From a virus (taxonomy: Duplodnaviria > Caudoviricetes), in the IMG/VR virus record IMGVR_UViG_3300025632_000016, positions 1-60,144 of that record: 60,144 nucleotides of DNA; one strand, 5' to 3'. Positions 38,150 through 46,032 of the stretch are shown here, piece by piece. The position numbers and the translations under genes are program-made. The notes under the pieces were generated by a model that was not told the origin of the DNA, did no database searches, and saw nothing but the letters and a program-made list of their open reading frames with translations. How positions within the stretch are numbered: the stretch's first letter is position 1; each line of letters begins with the position of its first letter.

Positions 38150-38362
38150 TTACATCGGTTTAAAATGGTATAAATTTTTAGTAAACCAACTTCTGTTTAC
38201 TTCTAAATTTCTCATATTGGGAAGGACATCAAAAACGTGGCAAAATAAACAATCATTTATGGATAGTTCATTTTTGTTTAATTCAAACCTTTCTTTTGGA
38301 TACAATTCTAGTAATGGCTTGTTAAATATTCCTTTTTTGTAATTTGTTACTAATACTTTCAT
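38150..38362 (-). CDS. Hypothetical protein
   Basis: ORF in early operon. Confidence 0.55.
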   Translation of the reverse strand: MKVLVTNYKKGIFNKPLLELYPKERFELNKNELSINDCLFCHVFDVLPNMRNLEVNRSWFTKNLYHFKPM

Positions 38363-38367
38363 AATTC

Positions 38368-38574
38368 CTATCTGTTTAAACTGTTAAATTTTGCTGTAAT
38401 TACTTCTTTGTAAAGGATAGTATCAAACCTATCCCAATGTGCCTTGTATGCGTCTATTTTAGCTTCATTACAAGCATTTACTAGCTTGTTAGTCGCTCGC
38501 TTGCTTTTGTACTTCAAGACCTTTGTATTAGGTCTGAAGCCAAATGTTAACGGATTGCCTTTTGAATTTGTCAT
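38368..38574 (-). CDS. Hypothetical protein
   Basis: ORF in early operon. Confidence 0.55.
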   Translation of the reverse strand: MTNSKGNPLTFGFRPNTKVLKYKSKRATNKLVNACNEAKIDAYKAHWDRFDTILYKEVITAKFNSLNR

Positions 38575-38586
38575 CTTGTTTAGTAT

Positions 38587-38829
38587 TTAATTAGTATGAT
38601 ATTTTATCGCATTTGATTGCAGTCTCCAGTTAGCCGCTTTGCCATTTTTAATATCAATCCAAAACAGTAAAGCCATTGGCTTATATAGCCTATTCATTCC
38701 CTTATGCTCTTCTGATATTTGCTGCATCCTATCTTTAAGAATTACACCTTTTGGCGTATGTAAATTTAGCCCTTTGTCAATTTTGAAAAACTCTCCTTGT
38801 ATTGCCGTTGTACAAATTATTTCACTCAT
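38587..38829 (-). CDS. Hypothetical protein
   Basis: Start MSEII at 38829, downstream of the tRNA-like element. Confidence 0.55.
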   Translation of the reverse strand: MSEIICTTAIQGEFFKIDKGLNLHTPKGVILKDRMQQISEEHKGMNRLYKPMALLFWIDIKNGKAANWRLQSNAIKYHTN

Positions 38830-38848
38830 ATTTACTTGTTTTAAATTA

Positions 38849-38907
38849 GTAGCGCTGCGGGAATCGAACCCGCTTGAACCGTTTGATTCATTAACCATTG
38901 GCGCTCC
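38849..38907 (-). ncRNA. tRNA-like element (T-arm plus partial acceptor stem, no D-arm)
   Basis: GCGGG-TTCGATT-CCCGC T-arm directly followed by AGCGCTA, which pairs with 5' AGCGC; middle hairpin TGAAT-caaacg-GTTCA. Confidence 0.5.
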
Positions 38908-38916
38908 TTATGCATC

Positions 38917-39198
38917 TTAGTCTAAGTATATCTGCCTGCTTTCGATTGCTTGGACTAAGTAGTCTTCTAGGCTTTCGTTATCCGCGTCAAGCCTAATGTG
39001 CGCCCAATTTGAACGGTTGTTTAAGTGTCCGTGTCCTATTTCTACGCCATCGTATTCAATGTTAAACCTATCGCTTTCTATATCTTTTTGCGTGGTTCTA
39101 ATTACTGCTAACTTTTCAGGATTAACTGTTTCTGTTACTGTAACCGTTTTTGTAATCTCTATTTTCATAATATATAGTTTTAAATTACCCCCGCACAA
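38917..39198 (-). CDS. Hypothetical protein (likely start 39168)
   Basis: MKIEITKTVTVTETVNPE... Confidence 0.6.
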   Translation of the reverse strand: MCGGNLKLYIMKIEITKTVTVTETVNPEKLAVIRTTQKDIESDRFNIEYDGVEIGHGHLNNRSNWAHIRLDADNESLEDYLVQAIESRQIYLD

Positions 39199-39218
39199 TA
39201 TGCGCGGGGCTTTGTTTT
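39188..39218. terminator. GC-rich hairpin / terminator
   Basis: ccccgc-acaatatgc-gcgggg followed by a T-rich run. Confidence 0.5.
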
Positions 39219-39499
39219 TAGTGTTCTATTTTACAAGTTAGCTCAACCACCGTTGCCACATCACTACCTTCAAAGAATGTTCTACATAGCGTGATTATGT
39301 TATAAGTTCTAGAATATTGCGTTTGTAAATTATCAAAGGTCACTTGCTCACCTTTTGAATTTGCCGCCGTACTTATTGAATCCAGCATATTTAACGCTAT
39401 TGAGCAATCTATATCGCTCAATATTACATTGCCATTTAGTTCAACATTGATAGCTCTTCCCTTCGCTATGGCCTTAAATGCTTTGTTTAATTCGTTCAT
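39218..39499 (-). CDS. Hypothetical protein
   Basis: ORF with a promoter at 39543-39550. Confidence 0.6.
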   Translation of the reverse strand: MNELNKAFKAIAKGRAINVELNGNVILSDIDCSIALNMLDSISTAANSKGEQVTFDNLQTQYSRTYNIITLCRTFFEGSDVATVVELTCKIEH

Positions 39500-39825
39500 G
39501 TCTATTGTATTAAATTGTAGTATCCAATAGCGGATACCGAGACAAATATATGTTTAACTTTAAAGATAAATTGATATGTTCATTTGTTAAAAATTGTTAA
39601 AGCCAATAATAGCAAGGGATACAGAAGGAATAAATATATATACAAATATATTAATTGATATGTCAACAATGTAGTGCTGGTAGTTAGGTTTTTGAGGTCG
39701 GAATGTTGACCCCCTCGGTTGGCTAATTCGGGTTTGGCTTGTTGGAGCTGGCGGGGGTTGGACTATATATTATACCCCACTCCCGTACTCATACAACTTT
39801 TTTAAAATTATTTTTTTATATGTTT

Positions 39826-40125
39826 TCATAGTTCTTTTATAATTCTCATTCTATCCGCTAGTACCCAAGTTCCTCCTTGAGATTTTGGTCTATTGTATAG
39901 ATAGAATCTATGAACCTCTACCTCTACCCATACTCTACCTTTCTCTGATAGATGTGGGGCTTTTGGTTCTAGTGTACAGTGCCATCCTTTTCTTTCTTTG
40001 AATCCTTTTGTGGGATGGTTTTCCGCCTCTAGCCATTCGCCTATGGGTATTCTACTTTTTTTGTTTATGAATAACGGAGATAGGCTACCGTCTTTCATTT
40101 TTCTTACTAGTTTATATGCTTTCAT
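39826..40125 (-). CDS. Conserved hypothetical protein
   Basis: GFKERKGWHC...APHL...RVWVEVEV...SQGGTW; promoter at 40130-40137. Confidence 0.7.
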   Translation of the reverse strand: MKAYKLVRKMKDGSLSPLFINKKSRIPIGEWLEAENHPTKGFKERKGWHCTLEPKAPHLSEKGRVWVEVEVHRFYLYNRPKSQGGTWVLADRMRIIKEL

Positions 40126-40309
40126 AATTCAAATATATATAATTAAGTAAGTGACTTATGTTAAATAAGCTTAAATACCCCCTCTACACACACAAAATTT
40201 AAATTATTTTTCTTACACATCTACATACATACAAAATTTTGAACCTCCATCTACATACAAAATTAAAATACATTTATTTCAGCAGTACCTCTACATTCAC
40301 GCAACTTTT

Positions 40310-40654
40310 TTAAAATAAATCTTTCACTGGTAGTAGTATTCCTTTTGATGAATTGCTATCTCCACCTCTTTTGTCACGGTTTGTATTTAGATGCTTTCTA
40401 CATAGTTTCTTTAGGGTGGTTGACGGGAGGATTATGAGTGTTTCTTGTATTGCTATGCAGTAGTATTTAGCTTCTGATGTTGCTATTCCTGATGGCCTTC
40501 CTCTTGATTGGTATTCTATGAATATATTTCCTGTTTTGTGTGCTTGTAGGTCTGTTTTAACTTCTATTTTTTCATTTTGAAGGATGTTAGCTAGTTCTTT
40601 TTCTTTTATTTGCCCTACCTTTAAGTCGTATTTGAAGTCTGAGTTATATTCCAT
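40310..40654 (-). CDS. PD-(D/E)XK-like small nuclease-fold protein
   Basis: KIEVKTD...TGNIFIEY...PSGIATSEA...GGD...SKGILLP. Confidence 0.65.
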   Translation of the reverse strand: MEYNSDFKYDLKVGQIKEKELANILQNEKIEVKTDLQAHKTGNIFIEYQSRGRPSGIATSEAKYYCIAIQETLIILPSTTLKKLCRKHLNTNRDKRGGDSNSSKGILLPVKDLF

Positions 40655-40831
40655 TGTTTAGCGGCAAAAATTAAACTGAATACATTAGCTGTATTTGAAT
40701 GTAGCGTTTATAATATATAATATCCTATTCTTTTTCATACAGCTAAAGTAATTAATTATTCTATTCGCATATGTTAATAGGTGTTATTATATTTTTAGTA
40801 CACCCTAGTTTGAGTATATTTGTTTTTAAAT

Positions 40832-41266
40832 ATGGATGATGTTAAATTAAATACAAGCTGGTCTGATGATGACCTATCTTCATTGTGTAGGATAGAGAAT
40901 CATAAGATTGTAAAGGATAGGGACTCTAATTACAGGTGGTATCACAAGTTGGGTGGCGTTTGGGGGGTTCATAGTATATGGGTGTTTGATGATTACAGGA
41001 AGCCTTCTGCTTATTTACATTTTTGGCTTGCTATGTGGTTAAAGGAGCTTAGACAGCGAGAATGCCGTGCTATTAGGCTAAGGACATCTAAGAATAGGAA
41101 AGCTAGGTTAATTAAGAAGAGTTTAAGGAAGGCTATGGTTAATAAGATTTTGGAGTTGAATAAATTATTTCCAGAATATTCTAAGCAGGAGTTGGCGAAT
41201 GAGTTGGACGTTAGCTTGAGTACGGTGCAAAGAGCCTTAAAGAGGCAAAACAAAAAAGCCCAGTAG
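40832..41266 (+). CDS. Protein with C-terminal HTH
   Basis: YSKQELANELDVSLSTVQRALK; TATATTTG at 40815-40822; lone + strand gene in the early region. Confidence 0.7.
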   Translation: MDDVKLNTSWSDDDLSSLCRIENHKIVKDRDSNYRWYHKLGGVWGVHSIWVFDDYRKPSAYLHFWLAMWLKELRQRECRAIRLRTSKNRKARLIKKSLRKAMVNKILELNKLFPEYSKQELANELDVSLSTVQRALKRQNKKAQ

Positions 41267-41313
41267 TTAACCGAGCCTTTTTATATTCATTTCTTAAACT
41301 TTTTTTCGTATCA

Positions 41314-41343
41314 TTATCGTATCTTATCGTATCTTATCGTATC
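41314..41343. repeat. 10-bp tandem repeat
   Basis: ttatcgtatc three times, plus a degenerate copy upstream, between convergent genes. Confidence 0.85.
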
Positions 41344-41344
41344 G

Positions 41345-41584
41345 CTACCATCTCCACCAATAATTACCATCCTCTAGTTCATTCTTATGCTTATCCTTGA
41401 TAGTCATTATATCTAAGCCCCGTATAGCTGTTACGTCATCTACTTCTATAACAGCAGACACATCGCCACAACATTGCTTATGTAGCTGTATTTTACCCCA
41501 TCCTGCGAGTTTTATGGTGTATTTTATAGAGTCTATCTCCACCGTATCTCCTACGGAGTATAATATGTCTTTGTGTAGTTTCAT
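41345..41584 (-). CDS. Hypothetical protein
   Basis: ORF. Confidence 0.55.
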   Translation of the reverse strand: MKLHKDILYSVGDTVEIDSIKYTIKLAGWGKIQLHKQCCGDVSAVIEVDDVTAIRGLDIMTIKDKHKNELEDGNYWWRW

Positions 41585-41676
41585 AATTATTTCTTTGTGT
41601 TTTGCGGGTAATTTACCAATATAATCTCACTTAATTCATAAGCGTGTTTAGAGCCATCTATCATTATTATCATCCA

Positions 41677-41907
41677 TTACCTCCGCTTCATTCTGCTTGC
41701 GCCATTAGCATCAAGAGATATAACGTTACACTTCTTAGGTATAATACCTGAATCGCTGATTTGCTTCCAGCCACCCTTTACTTTCTCGTATATATCTAAG
41801 CCTATTTTAGCCCGTTTAACACCTTCTAGTGTTTCTGAGTAAGAAGAATACTCCGCAGCATCCATTAAGTCTTGTAGCGTACTGTTTCTAATCAATTTTG
41901 TTTTCAT
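41677..41907 (-). CDS. Hypothetical protein
   Basis: ORF directly downstream of the HisRS-like gene. Confidence 0.55.
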   Translation of the reverse strand: MKTKLIRNSTLQDLMDAAEYSSYSETLEGVKRAKIGLDIYEKVKGGWKQISDSGIIPKKCNVISLDANGASRMKRR

Positions 41908-41913
41908 AATTAT

Positions 41914-42546
41914 CTATTTACAAAGCATTAATCTATCAAACCCAATGGCAAACCCAATTCCTCTATCATAAGCACCACCTCCGCATATCTGTTCTTGCGC
42001 TCCTAGTTGTTTACAGCGTAATTCAAAGCCTTTATCTGTATAATAACCCAATCCCCTTGTTACGGAATAATCTATCGTTATATCCTTTGTTTGAAGTTCA
42101 CAAAGTTCTTTAGATATGTCTATTAATTCTTCTTTGATTAAATCAGTAGATGGGTTTATTACTTCGCAACCAAACTGCCAAAATTCTCTGTATCTGCCCC
42201 TTTGCGGTTTTTCGTATCTCCAGCATTTCTCAAAATACCAAACTCTTATTTCTTTTTTAGCTTGCCAAAAATGATTAGCAATTAATTGAACGGTTGCCGT
42301 TGCTTCTGGTCGTAAGCATACATTCCTTCCTTTTTTATCTGGAAATACCCACATTTGATTAAGAACCTCAGAACCCGCTTTATCAACGTATATCTCTGAC
42401 GGCTCTACGCTAGGTAGCTGTATTCCCTGAAAACCGTAAGATTCAACGGTAGCTATCATTTTATTTAATAGCGTGTATCTATCTCTTACTTCGTCACCAA
42501 ATAATATTCTAGTGCCTCTTGACTGTTTCTCTATTTTATATTCCAT
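41914..42546 (-). CDS. Minimal histidyl-tRNA synthetase-like catalytic domain (class II aaRS core only)
   Basis: Motif 1 YGFQGIQLPSVE; LRPEATA; motif 2 WRYEKPQRGRYREFWQFGCE; HisA RGLGYY; HisB CGGGAYD; motif 3 GFAIGFDRL; ends immediately after motif 3. Confidence 0.9.
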   Translation of the reverse strand: MEYKIEKQSRGTRILFGDEVRDRYTLLNKMIATVESYGFQGIQLPSVEPSEIYVDKAGSEVLNQMWVFPDKKGRNVCLRPEATATVQLIANHFWQAKKEIRVWYFEKCWRYEKPQRGRYREFWQFGCEVINPSTDLIKEELIDISKELCELQTKDITIDYSVTRGLGYYTDKGFELRCKQLGAQEQICGGGAYDRGIGFAIGFDRLMLCK

Positions 42547-42548
42547 TA

Positions 42549-42746
42549 TTATCTATATTTTTTTTCAAACTCATCTATTGTTGTAATTACCTTTGGGTTG
42601 TTATACGGTATAAAGCACCATATATTTGTGTCTGAAATACGCCCAAAGAAGCCTTCATCGATATATGGGTATATTTTTTCCCCATTTAATCCCGTCATAT
42701 TCTTTAAGCCTAAATTATTTGCAAGATATTCTTTTGTTATTTTCAT
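42549..42746 (-). CDS. Hypothetical protein
   Basis: ORF directly upstream of the HisRS-like gene. Confidence 0.55.
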   Translation of the reverse strand: MKITKEYLANNLGLKNMTGLNGEKIYPYIDEGFFGRISDTNIWCFIPYNNPKVITTIDEFEKKYR

Positions 42747-42755
42747 TTTATTTAA

Positions 42756-42941
42756 TTATTTATCGTTTAATTCTTCTGCTAATTCTATTATTCCGTTATC
42801 TACTGTTTCCTTATGAAATCCACTTCCGTAAAGCATTGAAACAACAGCGTCTAATACTTCATCCATCGTTACATCTTGGTGGTCTAATTCAACGGAAATT
42901 TTCTTACCGTAACCCTCATATGTTATTTTAGTTGTATTCAT
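42756..42941 (-). CDS. Hypothetical protein
   Basis: Small acidic ORF. Confidence 0.6.
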   Translation of the reverse strand: MNTTKITYEGYGKKISVELDHQDVTMDEVLDAVVSMLYGSGFHKETVDNGIIELAEELNDK

Positions 42942-42944
42942 ATC

Positions 42945-43376
42945 TTAATTATTTAATAAAATATGTATTACTATTCCCACTCCAATCAAAAACACAGCTA
43001 ATAACCTTACAAAAACATAGTTTAAGCCCGTTTTAAGGTACTTTCTAGCCATCTTATCAAGAAAAGCAGTTTGTCCTATGTAAAATATTCCCTTTCCCCT
43101 TAAAACGTTTAAAAACAAGTCAAAGGAAATGCTGTATGATAATGCACAAGCTATAAGTCTTGGAACGAAGTATCCATCTTTAGGTAGAGCGTGGTGTAAT
43201 AACGCACCACCTAGTAAAAACATTAGTATAAACTTAGCTGTGTGATACAGCCATTCTAGCTTGTATTCTCTTTTTATTAGGGTGGCATCAAAAGGGGCTA
43301 TAATCATCCCTAAGGCAAACCCTCCCATCACTACTAATGCAGTGGGGTCTATTTCTATGTTATCTATTTGTATCAT
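42945..43376 (-). CDS. Multi-pass membrane protein
   Basis: About four hydrophobic segments; FDLFLNVLRGKGIFYIGQTAFLDK; promoter at 43381-43388. Confidence 0.7.
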   Translation of the reverse strand: MIQIDNIEIDPTALVVMGGFALGMIIAPFDATLIKREYKLEWLYHTAKFILMFLLGGALLHHALPKDGYFVPRLIACALSYSISFDLFLNVLRGKGIFYIGQTAFLDKMARKYLKTGLNYVFVRLLAVFLIGVGIVIHILLNN

Positions 43377-43380
43377 AATT

Positions 43381-43425
43381 CAAATGTATTAATAATGTCT
43401 ATTCGTTAATGTTAAAAAGGGTTAA
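43381..43425 (-). promoter_or_regulatory. Early promoter: TAnnTTTG plus upstream TTAAC-N5-TTAAC box (representative - strand copy)
   Basis: caaatgta at 43381; gttaa at 43411 and 43421. Other - strand -7 elements at 24883, 31321, 34514, 36582, 36820, 37553, 39543, 40130, 43683, 44044 and 44631. Confidence 0.7.
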
Positions 43426-43459
43426 AATTGAAACATTAAAACGCACCTTATGCAATGCG

Positions 43460-43678
43460 TTAATTCTTTATCTCTGGCTTCAACAAATCAGTAAGTAATT
43501 TACTGTATTCCACTTGCTGATACAGTAATTCATTTTCTTCATCACAGAAGGATAATTCTGCTTCATAATATTCTAGCATTGATATAAGGTATTCCATAAC
43601 CGTTCTAGTAGGGTCTGTATAATCTTCTGTGTTTATATTTATTTGTTCTCCGTTGTTTAAAAATAGTGAAAATTTCAT
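43460..43678 (-). CDS. Small acidic hypothetical protein
   Basis: Promoter at 43683; stop codon overlaps an attC-like half site (TAACgcattgcataaggtgcgttttaatg). Confidence 0.6.
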   Translation of the reverse strand: MKFSLFLNNGEQININTEDYTDPTRTVMEYLISMLEYYEAELSFCDEENELLYQQVEYSKLLTDLLKPEIKN

Positions 43679-43745
43679 ATATCAAATATACCCTTTTTGT
43701 TTAGGAGGAGGTTATTGACTAATAATTATATTCCGCCATAATTCT

Positions 43746-44027
43746 TCACTTATTTAAAATATTAGAGATAAAATCAAATAATGGCTTTACTTCTTTTATG
43801 TTTATGCTTATTGAGTTATGATGTCTGTTTTCGCCTACTGTAACCTCGTCAAACGTAATCGTATGAGGCTTACCATCTAAATACATAGCAGAACATATTA
43901 CATCGCTAGAAACGCCTTTAACCTCAATCCATTTAGAAATGTATCTATCCGTATTACTATCCTTACTGAATATTAAGTCTATTTCAGCTTTAGTTTTTAA
44001 TGTTTGAAGGTTATCTTCTTTTTCCAT
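43746..44027 (-). CDS. Hypothetical protein
   Basis: ORF with a promoter at 44044-44051. Confidence 0.6.
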   Translation of the reverse strand: MEKEDNLQTLKTKAEIDLIFSKDSNTDRYISKWIEVKGVSSDVICSAMYLDGKPHTITFDEVTVGENRHHNSISINIKEVKPLFDFISNILNK

Positions 44028-44239
44028 AATTCTTTATTTAAGGCAAACATAAATAAAGCATCCTAACGTAAAGGTTAATAGAAGTTAACTTGAAGTAACA
44101 AACTGTGACATAAAGTTATCGAACATACTAGGTCTAATTGAAAGAAAGATAGGGGAGTGCATTAAAGCGCATAGCCTAAGTAACTAACATTAGTAAACCA
44201 AATCAACAAAGAAGGCAAGACCAAAAAAAACGTTTATCT

Positions 44240-44626
44240 AATTAAAAAAAGCATACTGCTCGTTTTTTCTTCTGTTATTGTGAGCTTTTCTTTATTCACT
44301 CCAATAACTCCTTCTTATCCGTCACATACCTAGCGCTTAGCAGCAGCCTTTCAATTCGGTGCATGGGTTGTTACCTCGTTAAAGACATCTCAATCCTTAA
44401 ACATTGCCCACATTAACGGCGATTATAAGTTGTTCTGAGGTTATTTAACGGCTTAGTGTCCGTGTATTCAGTCAGAAATGTTTCAAAAACACTGAATTGT
44501 ATGTACCTTATATCTATAAAAAAACCCAAGCTAGCGGCACGACTCGCATTACTTGGGTTTCAATATTCTTTCCGAAGAAAGGGTTATGAAAAATCTTTGT
44601 GGTTATCGTGCCATTTAAGATTGGAA
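44240..44626 (-). ncRNA. Candidate large structured non-coding RNA
   Basis: Promoter at 44631-44638, no credible ORF downstream, several helices (aacccaag/cttgggtt, attcagt/actgaat, gttattg/caataac, ggcacga/tcgtgcc). Confidence 0.4.
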
Positions 44627-44822
44627 AGGACAAATATAAACATTTTTTTATTATACAAACACAGTAAAAGAGATAAAAAAAAGAAAAAAACATATAGTTA
44701 GATGAATGAATATTCCATCATTAACTAAAAAAACAGCTATTAATGTAGCATATAAGCGACAATTTCAATCAAAATACAGCAGTTAAATTTAATATCTATC
44801 ATTATTTAAATATATTTGTTTT

Positions 44823-44903
44823 AACGGTATCGTACCAGTGCGTTAAGGGTTTGGATATTACCTTAACTTAGACGAAGACAGCAGTTCAGCAACGAACATT
44901 GTT
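44823..44903 (+). ncRNA. Candidate ~80-nt structured RNA (6S-Flavo-like)
   Basis: Starts 4 nt after TATATTTG (44811-44818); closing stem AACGGT/ATTGTT; internal stem GTTAAGG/CCTTAAC; ttagacga...cagttc segment. Confidence 0.5.
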
Positions 44904-44928
44904 ATTATTTTTATTAATTTTGTATCCT

Positions 44929-45312
44929 ATGAAAGGAAAGAAAAAAAAGAAAACTGAAGTAAAAAGAACTAGCAAAGGCTTAGTTAGTTCTACCAATTAC
45001 AGTTCTATAAAGAAAACAAAGAACAAGACTAAGACTAAATCCGTTAAGAACGTTAAAGACACTAGCAAGTTAACTGATTTTAGCAATTTAAGAGGTGAGA
45101 GAGTTCATCCAATAAAATCTCAGACTTTCAAAAAAAACAAAGTAAACGCTAAGAAATCAAAAAGTAGGTCTGTTAGCGTAAATACATCTGTAGGGTCAAA
45201 CGGCTCAATAACAAGAAGCGTAGTAAAAAAGAGTACTACACCGAAGAAGACGGTTACTAGGTCAAGAGCGACTGGAGCTAAGCCTGTAAGAACCGTAAGA
45301 AAGAAGAGATAG
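44929..45312 (+). CDS. Highly basic K/S/T/R-rich protein
   Basis: Start MKGKKKKK at 44929, 6 nt after TAATTTTG. Confidence 0.65.
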   Translation: MKGKKKKKTEVKRTSKGLVSSTNYSSIKKTKNKTKTKSVKNVKDTSKLTDFSNLRGERVHPIKSQTFKKNKVNAKKSKSRSVSVNTSVGSNGSITRSVVKKSTTPKKTVTRSRATGAKPVRTVRKKR

Positions 45313-45348
45313 TATTATTTTTAGTATCTTTGCCTTAAACTAATTTTT

Positions 45349-46032
45349 ATGTCTGCAAATAGTTCAATAACCAACTTAACTCTAACTAACGGAGAAACAA
45401 AGCGAATATCAACCTTTTCAATAGAAAGCGTAATAGATACAGGAACATATAGAGTTGTTAAAACTTTTCTACCTACAAACAGATATAGGTCTTCAGATTC
45501 TTTAGCGGCTATAAAAGCTGAATCTGGAAGTTTATTTTCTGCAACAGAAGGTGGCGTGAGTATATTATTAAGCTCTTTAATTATAGAAAATATCATTGAT
45601 TTTAATGGTGTTTGTCAGATAATACTCCAAGGAGGAAGGAAAATAACTTTAGATGAAACTGTTTCTGTTATAGAGGCTAGGATTGATGCTTTAGGTGATA
45701 AACCTGCATTAGACCAAACAGAACAAACTTCTATTTTCATTAAAGCACCAGAGGACGGAACAGAAAAAGTAATTTTAAAAGCAGCATACCCATTTACAAT
45801 AACAGAAGTAACTACAATTTCAACAAGTGGAACTTGTACGCTTGCGGTATCAATAAACGCAACTGCATTAGGAGGTAGTTCAAATTCTGTTAGCACATCT
45901 GAGGTTAGTCAAGCACATTCAACGGACAATTCCGTTGCGATAGGAGATGATGTGAGCATTTCAATATCAAGTAATGCAAATTGCGAGGATTTAAATGTTT
46001 CACTAACGGGCGTAAGAACTTTAGCTCAATGA
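45349..46032 (+). CDS. Virion structural / decoration protein (putative)
   Basis: S/T/I-rich beta sequence; C-terminal YPFTITEV...AIGDDVSI domain typical of phage fibres. Confidence 0.55.
   Translation: MSANSSITNLTLTNGETKRISTFSIESVIDTGTYRVVKTFLPTNRYRSSDSLAAIKAESGSLFSATEGGVSILLSSLIIENIIDFNGVCQIILQGGRKITLDETVSVIEARIDALGDKPALDQTEQTSIFIKAPEDGTEKVILKAAYPFTITEVTTISTSGTCTLAVSINATALGGSSNSVSTSEVSQAHSTDNSVAIGDDVSISISSNANCEDLNVSLTGVRTLAQ

Noticed and set aside
38849-38907. Canonical tRNA gene
   Set aside because: No D-arm, 6-nt middle loop and mismatched acceptor ends; kept only as a tRNA-like element.
41914-42546. HisZ (ATP-PRT regulatory subunit) or a hisS pseudogene
   Set aside because: Adenylation and His-binding residues are retained, no hisG is nearby, and the ORF is intact with tight spacing to its neighbours.
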